Below are positions 1-11,647 of a stretch of DNA of 64,000 bases, in pieces. A model generated the notes under the pieces. The model saw only the letters and a list, made by a program, of their open reading frames with translations, was not told where the DNA came from and made no database searches. Location of the stretch: positions 107,417 through 171,416 of the forward strand of contig PDIP01000022.1 in assembly GCA_002811645.1 (NCBI GenBank), given 5' to 3'. This DNA comes from Corallochytrium limacisporum Hawaii. Lineage: Eukaryota; Protista; Pluriformea. Position 1 is the first letter of the stretch; every line of letters starts with the position of its first letter. A program made the position numbers and the translations under genes.

Positions 1-3000
1 GCATTTCTCTGCCCGGCACACGGAATCAGCAGCTCGGGAACCACGGCACTTCCACCTGATCTCTCTGCCAAAGGGAAAGCAATGGCAAGAGTCAGAGCAT
101 GCTCTGACTCTTGCGTTTTCGAATACACAAACTGACAAATGGGTGCGACCGGAAGCATGCCGTTCTCTCTGCCGGTCAGAACCTTCTTCAAACCAAAAGT
201 GTGGAAGAACAGAAGCAGAATCCACGGTAATTGTGCATGGAATCCACCAAACTAAGAAGGCTGATGTGTTGCTGTGGTACTTGTTACATTCTAGCATCCC
301 CGTTATTGTATATTGGAAGGCAGTACCGTGATTCCGTTTGGTGACGACTCCACTTTGTGTCGCTGGCCCACTAGTTTTCTTAGTTTATGCAGTTCCTTAT
401 ACACACACAATCGACGCAAGATATCAGGGCAAGGGCACAATAGTATACGGCAGAGAGAGAGAGAGAGTCAGGTGAAGCACAAAGTGACGAGAAGAGGAGC
501 GTTCTGCCGCAGGAAAACATTGACCGCTGTTGCACAAGAACGCCTTCTGCGCGGGGTTAGCATTCCGTGCCCGGCGAAACCACGCCGATCGAGTCCTGAT
601 TTTTCGGGGCTCCCGCGAGACATGTGCTCCCGCGAGACATTTCTATTTGGTTTTCTTTATGGACATGCACGTATCACACAGGTGTGCCTCCCCGCCTGTG
701 TGGTATATGGGCCAATTTGACAAGGTGGTGTTCAACGAGAACCGGAGATGAAGCACGAAGAAGGTCTGCTTGTAGCGGGGGCCAAAGTTGCGTTCACCAC
801 ATTTACATTCTCTGCGACCTGTCAATGCAATGCGAGAGTAAAATAAACAAGAAGAGCATGCTTGATTTGAACTGTTAGATATTCTGTGCCGGGAGGCGTT
901 CCGGAGGATTTCACTATACGGTTACCTACGGTAGCGATCTCCATAGTTTTCGTTTAAGTTTCTAGCTGCAAATAAGAGTATTGCCAGATACTAGCAACAT
1001 TAGTGAGAAGTTGCTGTGACAGTGTGTGTTCCTACTACCAACCCTATCAAAAGCATGCATAAAGTGGCTGTATATGCTGGCATTCTCATTCACCACGGTT
1101 GCCTTAAAACCGAGCTTATGCCCCATCCCGCAACATGATGGTGGTGATCATCGTCGCCCCAGTTGTCGCACCAGGTACCCACTTTGCATGCCACGGTTTC
1201 TCTTCGATAGCAACTGGGCATGTTACCGTATGCACGCTCGAGAATCTGGCCCTCTTCGTCTTTTGTTTGCAGCCCTTAGGATACCATCATGCATCAAGTA
1301 TGAAACAATAGGTTTTAGCAAGGCAAAGGCAAAAACAGTAGCCAAGGATGGTTTGTCCGTTGCAACATTCAATCAAAGCCCTGCAGTGTGGGTTGCTCCT
1401 TTACGCTTTCCACAGAGCCCCACCTGCCTCGTTCCCGCACAAGTGCGGGCCAAAAATATACGTAAAAAAACCACGCGCGCGTGTTTGTATCGACACGGAC
1501 TGTTCAACTTTCCGTTGAACTGTTGTTGTTAGGCAGCTCCGCGCGGGTTGCGACGGTGGGTTGGGCCAGAGGTTGGGGCTAGACGAAGGGGGGACACGGG
1601 CAACGATATGGTCCAAAGAGGACCCCAAGACCCGGCCGAATTGGAGGGCGACAAGCCCCCAATCATCGTACTATTATCTTTTATCTACTGTCTATGGATG
1701 CATCAACTGACAAAGTGGGCTGCTGTGGTCATGCAGAGTACACCCATAAGAGCTCCCATGCAGATTAGATAGGCCCTACAGCAGTCTTCTTTCACATGGG
1801 TTCTCGTCGCTTGCTGTTGCAGCTTTCCTCGCAATTCAATAGTGACACATAGTGTTTTGGTACAACAACGTGTAAATTGTAGAATAACTTACCATGTTGG
1901 TGCACCTAACTGCGCACATGTTTAAGGCGGCAAAGCCGGCCATGTGCACGCTCCATGGCTGGTCATAGGCATGGTGTCGGGAACAACCACAGACGGGAAA
2001 CGGGAGGAGACGGAGCGATTGTGGTCCCGCACGTCCAAACACATCAGTCTCTCAATGCCATAGCCTTTGCAAGCAAAAATTTAACGTCACCGACGTGAAA
2101 GCCAACAAGTCAATATCTTCCGCCCAGTCAGTAGAGAGAGGAACATGGCTAAAGAAAAATGAAGGCCGTTGACACGAATCCTGAACTTCCAAAAGAATCG
2201 TATCTGCTTGTTATCTTCGAAAGTTATCCACGGTGGCTCGGCAAAAAGATCCATGTTCCTGGCGACGGATGGATGCTGGTTGATTTAGGCGGGCTGTTCA
2301 GACGTCGTCGGCTTCAATCCTGTAACGACAGTTGAACACACCGCGGGCATCTAGAGAGCCTAGAAAAGAAGGTTATATCGCCATGAAACTCGGTCAAAGA
2401 GCATGGGTAAATCGGTGACCAACCCGGGTGCCCTCAACAGGACGGTCTTATTGGGCTGGAACTCGGAAGACACTGTTCAAATTGTGCTGCTCTAGCTATC
2501 AGATGTTCTCCTGGTGTCCATTCTGTCCTTCATCCGCCCAGCCCCCTTATTTTTTTAGTCAACATGCCCCATTCCACAGCAACCCGCAGTGGCTGTTGTG
2601 GAGTCTCCAAGTTGATTCAGTGTTGCAGCGCGTGTTAAAACGACCTTGCGCTGCCTTCGTTGTCTTCGTTTGTCGATACTGTCCTTGGAGGTTGTGGAAC
2701 TGAGTTGATTAGGATTTAGCATGTAGTTGGCAGCGACGGAGGTTCAGACATCCACTGTTACATGCGCACAGATTTGTGTTCTCAACAGTACCTTTCTCTT
2801 CCTCTCGTTGATTAATTAGAACCCATCTTGGAAGTACGTTCTGCTGCATGCGAAGCACGATGGCCAGCAGAGAATTTTCCCCATCCACTGAGGTGCAGTA
2901 CACTGATGGGATTGATCCTGCCCTCTACCTGCAGCTAATTCAAAACGATAATGTTGTGTCGATTATTAGGTGATCAGTTAATTTTCACACCTGGCATTTC

Positions 3001-3625
3001 CACGGGTCACACAGGTGAAGGAAGGGAGCCTCCATCTGTTTTTCTGCCGCATGCGCTCCCCTCAACCACCCCCCCCCCCCGGGGGGGGCCCTTCCAAATC
3101 TCTGGTGGGAAGGGGCCGGTGGCTTTAGCACTTGAGACCCCTAGGAAAGTGGCGGGGGCGCACTAGTCACTGTCTCCCTTCTCCGTTCGTGTGCCACCCC
3201 CCTTGTCGGCACCCCCCCCTCTGAGTCCCCACCTCCTCCATCAGTCAGCAAGAGAGCGCAAAGCCAAGAGAGATGCGTGGGTGTGCTAAGATTCTTAGCG
3301 CTCTGAGCAGTTTTAGACCGTGCGCGCTAACAAACTGGGCAATAAGACCAGTGGGACATGGTTTGAGGGGAGCGGGGCCCACGGGCGAAGTACGTGAAAG
3401 GCGAGGCTGACCGCTGAGGGAGATAGAATCTATTGTTGCTGCATCTGCAGTTGTTGCACAAATTATTCAGGATTGTTATGTGCCTATGTTGGTCTCCAAT
3501 ACTGGTCACCCTCACCAACGTATAAAGACACACGTAATCAGTAAGAAGTGAAAAAGGAGCTCATCCAAAACAAACAAACTCATCTTTTCGCGTCAATTGT
3601 TGTTACCATTGGGTAAGTAAGAACC

Positions 3626-6490
3626 ATGGCGGATACACAGTGGACTGCAAAGAATGTACGCGATGCGTACATAAACTTTTACAAAGAACGGGGACATACC
3701 TTCTGGCCCAGCAGCAGCACCATTCCCCACGATGATCCAACCTTGCTGTTTGCGAACGCGGGCATGAACCAGTACAAGCCCATTTTCCAGGGGATTGTCG
3801 ATCCCAAGAGTGAAATGGCTAAGTTGAAGCGTGCTACTAACAGTCAAAAGTGCATTCGTGCTGGAGGCAAACACAACGATCTTGACGACGTTGGTAAGGA
3901 TACATATCACCACACTTTCTTCGAGATGTTGGGAAACTGGTCGTTCGGGGACTACTTTAAGCAAGAGGCCATCGAGTGGGCCTATGAACTATTGACCAAG
4001 GTCTATGGCCTAGATCCGGAGCGCATGTATGCGTCATACTTTGGTGGTAATGAGGAGGCAGGTCTGCCCGCCGATCTGGAGGCGCGCGACATTTGGCTTG
4101 GCATCGGTCTGCCGGAGTCTCGCGTGCTGCCGTTCGGAATGAAGGACAATTTCTGGGAAATGGGAGACACGGGCCCATGCGGTCCATGCTCAGAAATCCA
4201 CTACGACCGCATCGGAGGCAGAGATGCGGCTGCGCTGGTAAATGCGGACGATCCTAATGTGATTGAGATCTGGAACCTCGTGTTCATTCAATTCAATCGT
4301 GAAGCTGACGGGAGCTTGAAACCTTTGCCCATGAAACATGTAGACACAGGCATGGGTCTTGAGCGTGTTGTGTCCATCCTGCAGAACAAGACGTCCAACT
4401 ACGACACGGACGTGTTCATGCCAATTTTCAAGGCGATAGAAGAAAAGACGGGATCCCCGGCCTACCGTGGTCGCCTTGGCGCCGACGATACAGACGACGT
4501 TGACATGGCATACCGCGTTGTAGGCGACCACATCCGCACTCTCTGTATTGCTCTGGCCGACGGTGGTCTGCCAGGCAATGCTGGACGTGACTACGTCCTC
4601 CGCCGCGTGCTGCGCCGTGGCATTCGCTACGCGACGGAGAAGCTGAACGCCGAACCAGGCGTATTTGCATCTTTGCACGAAATCGTAGCTGATTCACTGG
4701 GCCATTTCTTCCCAGAACTGTGCAAGGATCCCGAACACATTAAGGAGGTCATCAACGAAGAGGAGGAGCAATTCCTGCGCACCCTTGCTCGCGGTCGACG
4801 TCTCTTGGAGCGTGCCGCGGCAAAGACAGACGGTGACACCCTGGCTGGTGACGTGGCCTGGAAGCTCTACGACACATACGGTTTCCCCGCCGATCTGACG
4901 GAAATGATGGCCAACGAACGGGGCTTGAAGATCGATAAGGTCGCCTTTGAGGAGGCACGTGCACAAGCCATTGAGGCGTCCAAGGGTGCGGGAAAGGGTG
5001 CTGGTGAGACAGTGGCACTGGACGTCCACGCCATTGCCAAGCTCAAGGAGGACGGCGTCGCACCGACTAACGACGCCATCAAGTACGACTACGAGGACGG
5101 TGATTTTAAGTCGGCCAAAGCCAAGGTGATCGCAATTCACAATGCCAATGGCGAGTTTCTCGACCGCATCGATGACAGTGTCAACAATCGCATCGGTCTC
5201 GTGCTTGACTGCACGTCGTTCTACGCCGAGTCTGGTGGTCAGATTTACGACACGGGCTTCATCACATCCTCTGCCGGTGACAACGAGACAGAATTCGCTG
5301 TGGAGAATGTTCAGGTCTACGGTGGGTACGTCCTGCACGTCGGTACTATTGGCACCGGTGCACTGGCACTCGGCGACGAAGTCGTGACAACCATCGACAC
5401 CGACCGGCGCAAGCCCGTCATGAACAACCACACGGCGACGCATGTTCTGAACTTTGCACTGCGCAAGGTCCTGGGTGAGGCAGATCAGAAGGGATCCTTG
5501 GTTCTTGCTGACCGTCTGCGTTTTGATTTCACTTACGGCAAGGCTATGACTGCGCAGCAGATTGCTGAGGTGGACAAGATCTGTAAGGAAGTTATTGATG
5601 CCAACAAGAAGGTCTATAAGGACTTCGCACCGCTAGCCACCGCCAAGGAGATTCATGGCCTGCGTGCAATGTTCGGCGAGACTTATCCAGACCCAGTGCG
5701 TGTAGTGAGCGTTGGTGTGCCTGTCGCGGACGTTGTTGCGGATCCCTACAACAAGGAATGGGCTACTACCAGCATTGAATTCTGTGGAGGCACACATGTG
5801 GTAACGACTGGAGACATTGATGACTTTGCCACCATCAGTGAAGAGGCTATTGCTAAGGGCATTCGTCGCGTCAACTGCGTGACCGGCAAGAAGGCACGGG
5901 CTGCCCGGGCTGTGGCTGCCGAGAAGCAGAAACTAATCGATGCGCTCAAGGCACTGACTGTTGAGCAACGCATGAAAAAGATCGTTGAGGTCATTTCCGA
6001 GATTGACCAGGCCGTCATTCCATACGCAGACAAGGACCGGATGCGTGAGGAACTCAAGGGGCTCAAGAAGGAGTGCGACAACTTTGACAAAAAGCGCAAA
6101 GCTGCGCAGGCCGCCGAGGCTGAAAAGGCGATGAAGGCTGCCATAGAGGCAAGCCCGGAAGCCAAGTTTTACATTCTAAAGCTGGACGTCGGCGCAAACC
6201 AGAAGGCGTTCCAGGGCTGCTTCAATCTGTGCAAGAAACAGGCACCCAGTGCTCCTGTTTGTCTATTGTCTGGCGATGCCGAGACCAGCAAGTGCATGGT
6301 CAGTGCTGCTGTTCCGAAGGCAGTCACTGGCACCATCAAAGCCAACGAATGGGTCGACCAAGCTGCTGCGTTGATCGAGGGCAAGTCCGGCGGACGGGAG
6401 ATGCAGGCCATGTGCAACGGTTCCAACTACGCCGCCCTCGAGGATGCTTACAACGCTTGCAAGGCCTACGCTGAAAAGATCCTTGCCTAG
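3626..6490 (+). CDS. AARS1: Cytoplasmic alanyl-tRNA synthetase (954 aa, intronless)
   Basis: DPTLLFANAGMNQYKP, QKCIRAGGKHNDLDDVGKDTYHHTFFEMLGNWSFGDYFK, DNFWEMGDTGPCGPCSEI, DTGMGLER; editing-domain HTATH and EFCGGTH; C-Ala end. Confidence 0.98.
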   Translation: MADTQWTAKNVRDAYINFYKERGHTFWPSSSTIPHDDPTLLFANAGMNQYKPIFQGIVDPKSEMAKLKRATNSQKCIRAGGKHNDLDDVGKDTYHHTFFEMLGNWSFGDYFKQEAIEWAYELLTKVYGLDPERMYASYFGGNEEAGLPADLEARDIWLGIGLPESRVLPFGMKDNFWEMGDTGPCGPCSEIHYDRIGGRDAAALVNADDPNVIEIWNLVFIQFNREADGSLKPLPMKHVDTGMGLERVVSILQNKTSNYDTDVFMPIFKAIEEKTGSPAYRGRLGADDTDDVDMAYRVVGDHIRTLCIALADGGLPGNAGRDYVLRRVLRRGIRYATEKLNAEPGVFASLHEIVADSLGHFFPELCKDPEHIKEVINEEEEQFLRTLARGRRLLERAAAKTDGDTLAGDVAWKLYDTYGFPADLTEMMANERGLKIDKVAFEEARAQAIEASKGAGKGAGETVALDVHAIAKLKEDGVAPTNDAIKYDYEDGDFKSAKAKVIAIHNANGEFLDRIDDSVNNRIGLVLDCTSFYAESGGQIYDTGFITSSAGDNETEFAVENVQVYGGYVLHVGTIGTGALALGDEVVTTIDTDRRKPVMNNHTATHVLNFALRKVLGEADQKGSLVLADRLRFDFTYGKAMTAQQIAEVDKICKEVIDANKKVYKDFAPLATAKEIHGLRAMFGETYPDPVRVVSVGVPVADVVADPYNKEWATTSIEFCGGTHVVTTGDIDDFATISEEAIAKGIRRVNCVTGKKARAARAVAAEKQKLIDALKALTVEQRMKKIVEVISEIDQAVIPYADKDRMREELKGLKKECDNFDKKRKAAQAAEAEKAMKAAIEASPEAKFYILKLDVGANQKAFQGCFNLCKKQAPSAPVCLLSGDAETSKCMVSAAVPKAVTGTIKANEWVDQAAALIEGKSGGREMQAMCNGSNYAALEDAYNACKAYAEKILA

Positions 6491-6707
6491 TGGCCCTTAA
6501 AAGGAATCCTGCTCATACATAGTTCCAGGACAACACGTCGTTCCGCGTCAGCTCCAAAATCACTATCGTGTCACAATACAAAGTTCTAACAGGCGCGCCG
6601 ATTTCTCCTTCTCCCTCTTTCAGCGGTTTCGTGACGTGGTAACACCTCCTTGCTCACCACGGCCCCTTTGGCTCCCCCCGGCCCCCCACCCCCCGGACCA
6701 GCGGGCC

Positions 6708-6903
6708 NNNNNNNNNNNNNNNNNNNNNNNNNNNNNNNNNNNNNNNNNNNNNNNNNNNNNNNNNNNNNNNNNNNNNNNNNNNNNNNNNNNNNNNNNNNNN
6801 NNNNNNNNNNNNNNNNNNNNNNNNNNNNNNNNNNNNNNNNNNNNNNNNNNNNNNNNNNNNNNNNNNNNNNNNNNNNNNNNNNNNNNNNNNNNNNNNNNNN
6901 NNN
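6708..6903. other. Assembly gap (N run) inside a C-rich tract
   Basis: N run; CCGGACCAGCGGGCC occurs on both flanks. Confidence 0.99.
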
Positions 6904-7362
6904 CCGGACCAGCGGGCCGTCCCCTCCCCCCCTCCGTTCCAGAAGAAAAGGCACTCGCACCGACAATTTGATTTCCATGGGGATGTTGACACGTGAAGCT
7001 GCTTGTAGAAGAGCAGATGTGTGACATGAATGCAAGGTACTTCTCGAGATGTGTACTTTGTTTGATCCTTTTTCTCTTTGGCCTGTAAATATTGCATCAG
7101 CAATAAAGAGATACTTTGGATTTGTGCTAATCGGGGACATACAAACCGGACAATAGTATAATCCGAGGTTGGCCTTACTGGTTACAAAGTTTTCGACAGC
7201 AGGTTTCACATGAGGGACTAAACATGTGTGTCAGACTGTTCCGTGAATTTTAGCTTGCGGCAAAGAGTTTCTAGTGCAACACTGCATACTTTCAGAAGTG
7301 GATCGTCTTCGACGAGATTGTAAGGGAAATTGGAGTAGCCGTAGAGAGCAATCAACGGACCC

Positions 7363-8289
7363 ATGTCCCTGGCACAGCAACCAAGGATGAGCTCACAGGA
7401 GATGTCACTGGGCTTGCTGGATCATAAGCCGTCTCGCTTGCTCATCATGAGCATTGCGATGGTGTCCTTCTTGCTCTTCACTTTCTCGCAGTATGCTATT
7501 GAAAGCAGCTGCGGCTATCCTCAGTACAACCGCTACGAGAATCCGGACCACCTTGGCGACGCATGGCTTCACAAAGGCTGGCGTAGTCTCATGTTTATCT
7601 GGATGCCGCGGTTCATAATGTTTTCGCAAGCCTTCTTCCTGATTTACTTGAGCCGGTTGCCGTTCTGCGAAGTCAAGGCCGCACACGCCGCCCAGGCCGG
7701 ACCGTACATTAGCATCAGTTTTCGCAATGCCTTTGGGATTGGTCTTGACTACGCGGTCGCGACAGTGACTTACTTCGTGGGCGAGGCACTTGTGCACTTC
7801 TACAAACGCAGGTACAGCATGGACTATGCATGTAAGAAGGACGGCCAGGGCAACAGTCCCAGTGGGCATGCTTTCTACGCCGCGTGGATGATGATCATGC
7901 TCATATTTTTCCATGTACAGTACGTAGCACGTATCCCGGAATGTCGGAACCCACCATCAGTAGTAGTCGGCTCCACACCGCGCATCCTCACAGCTGCACA
8001 GGTCTTTGGTACCCTGTTGGTCATGCTGCCCGAGCTCGTTACCACATACCACTACGGCTACCACTCCACGGCACAAATGATACAGGGCGCATCGCTCGGT
8101 GTGTGCTGGGCCGTTGTGTGCGGTTTCCTGGTCGCGCAAGCACAGAAAAGCAGCCTGCACCTTACTCGACACGACGGACGTCTGGCTTCTTCAACGGTAG
8201 GTGATGATGGCCATGGCAACAGAAAATCGGAGCCACATCAAGGGAAGCAGATTCATCCGCTCAACGGTCGCCGAGGAAAGCGAGAATGA
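7363..8289 (+). CDS. PAP2/lipid phosphate phosphatase superfamily multi-pass membrane protein (308 aa)
   Basis: Several hydrophobic helices; C2 motif SPSGH; C3-like YGYHSTAQMIQG; C1 Kx6RP and the C3 Arg are not evident. Confidence 0.65.
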   Translation: MSLAQQPRMSSQEMSLGLLDHKPSRLLIMSIAMVSFLLFTFSQYAIESSCGYPQYNRYENPDHLGDAWLHKGWRSLMFIWMPRFIMFSQAFFLIYLSRLPFCEVKAAHAAQAGPYISISFRNAFGIGLDYAVATVTYFVGEALVHFYKRRYSMDYACKKDGQGNSPSGHAFYAAWMMIMLIFFHVQYVARIPECRNPPSVVVGSTPRILTAAQVFGTLLVMLPELVTTYHYGYHSTAQMIQGASLGVCWAVVCGFLVAQAQKSSLHLTRHDGRLASSTVGDDGHGNRKSEPHQGKQIHPLNGRRGKRE

Positions 8290-9306
8290 AGGCGTTCGTG
8301 TCAGCGGATGTGATTCGGATGCGTTCGGTTATCACCATGAGTGCAGGCTTAGAACCATGCATGCAGACGCGGATACGGGGGAAAGCCACGATGGAAACCG
8401 TATGTCACCACCATCGTGCCCAGGCAATCAAAAGCCGCTCGTTGCAACCCCCCCCCTTCTCCTGCTCACACTCTGATGAGGCATTCAGTTCCTGATTCTG
8501 ATGGGATCTAGCAATTTTTGTGACGTGTCTTCCAATACACTTTGTACGTGAACCGCTCCGGGGGAAGAAACCTGGGGAGGGGTGGCTGGTGGGGAGGAGG
8601 GAGAACACCACCCCACACTATGCAAACAACCTAAAATGGTTATAGCCTCTCCCGCAACAAATCCAAGATATCATAAATCAATTAAATATATAAAATTTCG
8701 ATCAACTAGTATATATTATTTACCGGTATATAATGATCAATCAAAAGAACAACTACAAACACAATTTGCAATCTGGATTCTTCTTTCCTCTCCGAAAAGA
8801 TGAGCAGGGGAGAGAGACTGGGCCGGGACTTTTTCTCTGTTTTCGCTATTATTCCACTCCCCCCCCCCGGGCGGGGGGGGGCGGGGGACTGGGCAGCCCG
8901 GGTAACTCCTCAGTACCCACCCTTCCTTTTTTTTTTTTGCGGTGGAAGGCCGGTTGGTTGGTTCCGAAAGACATTCTTTGTTTGAGGCAACCATAAAAAT
9001 ACCCCCCATCGCCGCAGTTACGCGCAAAACCTCCCCCTTCCTCCCGGGGGATCTTCGGCTCTCTCTTTCTTTCTGTTTGATTACATTTTTCTTGGTAATT
9101 GCGAGTCTTCCCACCAACCCACTTCCCCCTTCCTGCTCTCTTTGCCTGCCCCCCCCCCCGCGGGGGGGGAATATCTCAATTACTGCGATCGCTGTTTGCT
9201 TAGTGAAGTGTTTTATTCATTTTTTTTTTCTTTTTGGGTTCCGATCCAAGGGTGGCCGTACGTGTTTACGCCTATCACCAAAGACGGGCGAAAAATAAAA
9301 ACGGGA

Positions 9307-9392
9307 GACGACGACGACGACGACGACCACGAGTGCGAGCGAGCGAGCGACAGAGAGAGCGAGAGAGAGAGAGAGACAGAGAGAGAGAGAGA
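9307..9392. repeat. Compound microsatellite (GAC)n/(GCGA)n/(GA)n
   Basis: Read directly from the sequence. Confidence 0.9.
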
Positions 9393-9897
9393 GGGGGAGA
9401 AGGCAACACTTCACTTAATCCCGACCAAGCCAAAAAAAAGCCAATAAGAAATACAAAGGAAAGAAATTGGAATGAAAGATCAAACACCCACCAACCCACA
9501 AAGGATGCTGCTGCTATGTTTCAAGGACACCAGTTTTCTCATCGCATTTTCCAACAAAGAAAGGGAAGACAGGTTTTAGGCACGATCTTCCTTTGCTGCG
9601 ACAAAGTTCCAAGGTAAAAAGTAGGTAATGCGGCCAGTGGTCAACAAAACACATGGGCCATACTGGACAAGATTGCACAAAAATGGGGCGAGAGAAGTTG
9701 GAGGGTGGGTGGAGGAGGGAGAGGGGGAGGGGTGGGGAGGCGATGATGGACCAGAAAGATAAGAGGGACACAGGCGATTTCAGGGGCAGCCGTTTCTTGA
9801 AAGAAGCAGGAAGAGGCGGACAAAACGCAAAGAGCGAGCCACGGTTTTGAGGTTTGGGGAAAGGCGGTAGCCAGCGAGACGCGAGAGAGTGTACACG

Positions 9898-9928
9898 CAC
9901 ACACACACACACACACACAGAGAGAGAG
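9898..9928. repeat. (CA)n(GA)n microsatellite
   Basis: Read directly from the sequence. Confidence 0.9.
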
Positions 9929-10210
9929 GAGAGCTCCAGACCCGACCCACCCAAGAATTTTTATGGCGTTCGCGGTAGTGAACATTGTTCCTTGGTTGGT
10001 GGAATGGACCATGAATGGGCAAGGAAGGAAGGGGAGCGATATCTTTTGGGTTCTGAAAGGAAGACAGTCACCGGCACCTGCTATTTCATGCGATGGTACA
10101 AGTCGTGACTTACAATAGTACACGCGAATGTGGTGTTCTATATAGGTTCGATTGATCTACAGAACGGTGGACATAACGGTAGAACCCAACTGGATCGCTC
10201 GGCACACAGG

Positions 10211-11107
10211 ATGAGTACCAACCCGTACGCTCAACAGCCCGCACCAGGTGGCTACCCTGCGCAACCGCAGGCAGGCTACCCTCAGGGCTACAACCAGGTT
10301 CCCCCTGGATATCCAGGTGCTGCTCCTGCCTACCCCGCGACTGCACCGGCTCCCGGTGGCTACCCTGGTGCACCTCCCCCGACCTACCCAACAGCGGGTC
10401 AGCCAGTGCCGCCAGCAGGAGGCTATGCCGGGCCCACGGCAGGGATGCCTGTGCCACAGCCCGGGATGCCCCAGGGGGGGCCACCGACGGCCATGACGCT
10501 GACATTGTTGTGGACAGACATGCAAAACCTTGGTCTCTATTCTGAGGTTTTCCCGGACGCTTTGCTCAAGGACAAGATTGCGCCCCAGGAGTATCAACGG
10601 GTCATGCAAGCCATTAATGCCATCCTCCGGAAGTGGAACAGCGAATTTTCTGAGTACGCCAATAAGCAGAACAAGGTCTGGTGCTGTGCACTGCTGACAT
10701 GCTGCCTGCTGTGTCCGTGTGCATGCATTTGGACAACGTGCGCGGCGCCCGGTGTGCAGAAGCGGTCCCAGGAACATCAGCAGCGTCTCCAACAGTTTGT
10801 CGCGGACACAAACAGCGCGTGGATGAGTCAAGCGGGTGTTTCTATCTCTGTTCAGATGAAGCCGGCCAATGAAGTCCATCCCGAAGGGGCACCGCAGGGC
10901 AACCCGGAGCTCATGAAGGCGCAAATGTATCGCAAGCTCATCCAGCAAGAACCGGTCCTCTACTTTAACGTCAACAGCACTGGTGCTGCTACTGGTGCGG
11001 GTGCTAAGCCTCCGGCCGGCGGATACGGAGCTAACGGCCCACCGCAACCTCAGCCTGTCGTGAATACTAACACCAACCCACCTCCTTCCGCAGCCACAGG
11101 TGCGTGA
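10211..11107 (+). CDS. CHIC/Erf4 (Golgin A7)-domain cysteine-rich protein with Pro/Gly/Tyr-rich N-terminus (298 aa from first ATG)
   Basis: GYP/PGGYP repeats, then YSEVFPDALLKDKIAPQEYQRVMQAINAILRK and WCCALLTCCLLCPCAC, resembling the CHIC1/2 Erf4 domain. The ORF-track start at 10130 is GTG; first ATG is 10211. Confidence 0.75.
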   Translation: MSTNPYAQQPAPGGYPAQPQAGYPQGYNQVPPGYPGAAPAYPATAPAPGGYPGAPPPTYPTAGQPVPPAGGYAGPTAGMPVPQPGMPQGGPPTAMTLTLLWTDMQNLGLYSEVFPDALLKDKIAPQEYQRVMQAINAILRKWNSEFSEYANKQNKVWCCALLTCCLLCPCACIWTTCAAPGVQKRSQEHQQRLQQFVADTNSAWMSQAGVSISVQMKPANEVHPEGAPQGNPELMKAQMYRKLIQQEPVLYFNVNSTGAATGAGAKPPAGGYGANGPPQPQPVVNTNTNPPPSAATGA

Positions 11108-11485
11108 GTGTGGTAGCTCGTGGTCATCAACCACTGCCAATACATGTCTTATAGACCAATACTGGTGCTTATTACATGAGTTAGAAGTCGATGAAAGACG
11201 ACATGGGCTATAGAGTTCATGTCACTAAGATATCTCTGGCTCAAAACATCATGATCCGAAGCATGTCCTGTGCATGGATACAGCTACAGGGACCCATCTC
11301 CTCGAGGCATTTCTTTTGTGCTGGAGGGTCCCCTTTCAAGTGCTTTTCTGCTGCGTAGTTTATCACAAAGACTAACATGCTAGGAACATGCAGAAGTGTT
11401 CAAATTCCACCAGATAGTTGTGAAGCTCATGCATAATGTCTTGGTGCAAAAATGCAAAAAAAAAAAAAAAAAACAGGAAAAAAAA

Positions 11486-11534
11486 TGGCTCGGCATCCGG
11501 GAATCGAACCCGGGTCTTCCGCGTGACAGGCGGA
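11486..11534 (-). pseudogene. 3' half copy of tRNA-Asp (anticodon arm to CCA)
   Basis: Identical to the 3' 46 nt plus CCA of the adjacent tRNA; lacks the 5' acceptor strand and D arm. Confidence 0.8.
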
Positions 11535-11575
11535 AAAAACGAAAAAAAAAAAAAAAAAAACAGGAAAAAAAATGG

Positions 11576-11647
11576 CTCGGCATCCGGGAATCGAACCCGG
11601 GTCTTCCGCGTGACAGGCGGAGATACTTACCACTATACTAATGCCGA
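11576..11647 (-). tRNA. tRNA-Asp(GTC), 72 nt, followed by encoded CCA (11573-11575) and oligo-T
   Basis: TCGGCAT/ATGCCGA acceptor stem, TAGTATAGTGG A box, TCCGC-CTGTCAC-GCGGA anticodon arm, CCGGG-TTCGATT-CCCGG T arm, discriminator G. Confidence 0.97.

Noticed and set aside
3590-3625. Upstream extension of AlaRS for mitochondrial targeting
   Set aside because: In-frame TAA at 3614-3616
6693-6918. 15-bp direct repeat flanking the N gap, like a target-site duplication
   Set aside because: More likely overlapping contig ends; no element sequence is visible
10157-11140. 327-aa minus-strand ORF
   Set aside because: Antisense shadow of the CHIC-like gene
11460-11647. Repeat-spacer appearance suggesting CRISPR or an att site
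   Set aside because: The repeats are tRNA sequence in a eukaryote; no cas, integrase or intervening element
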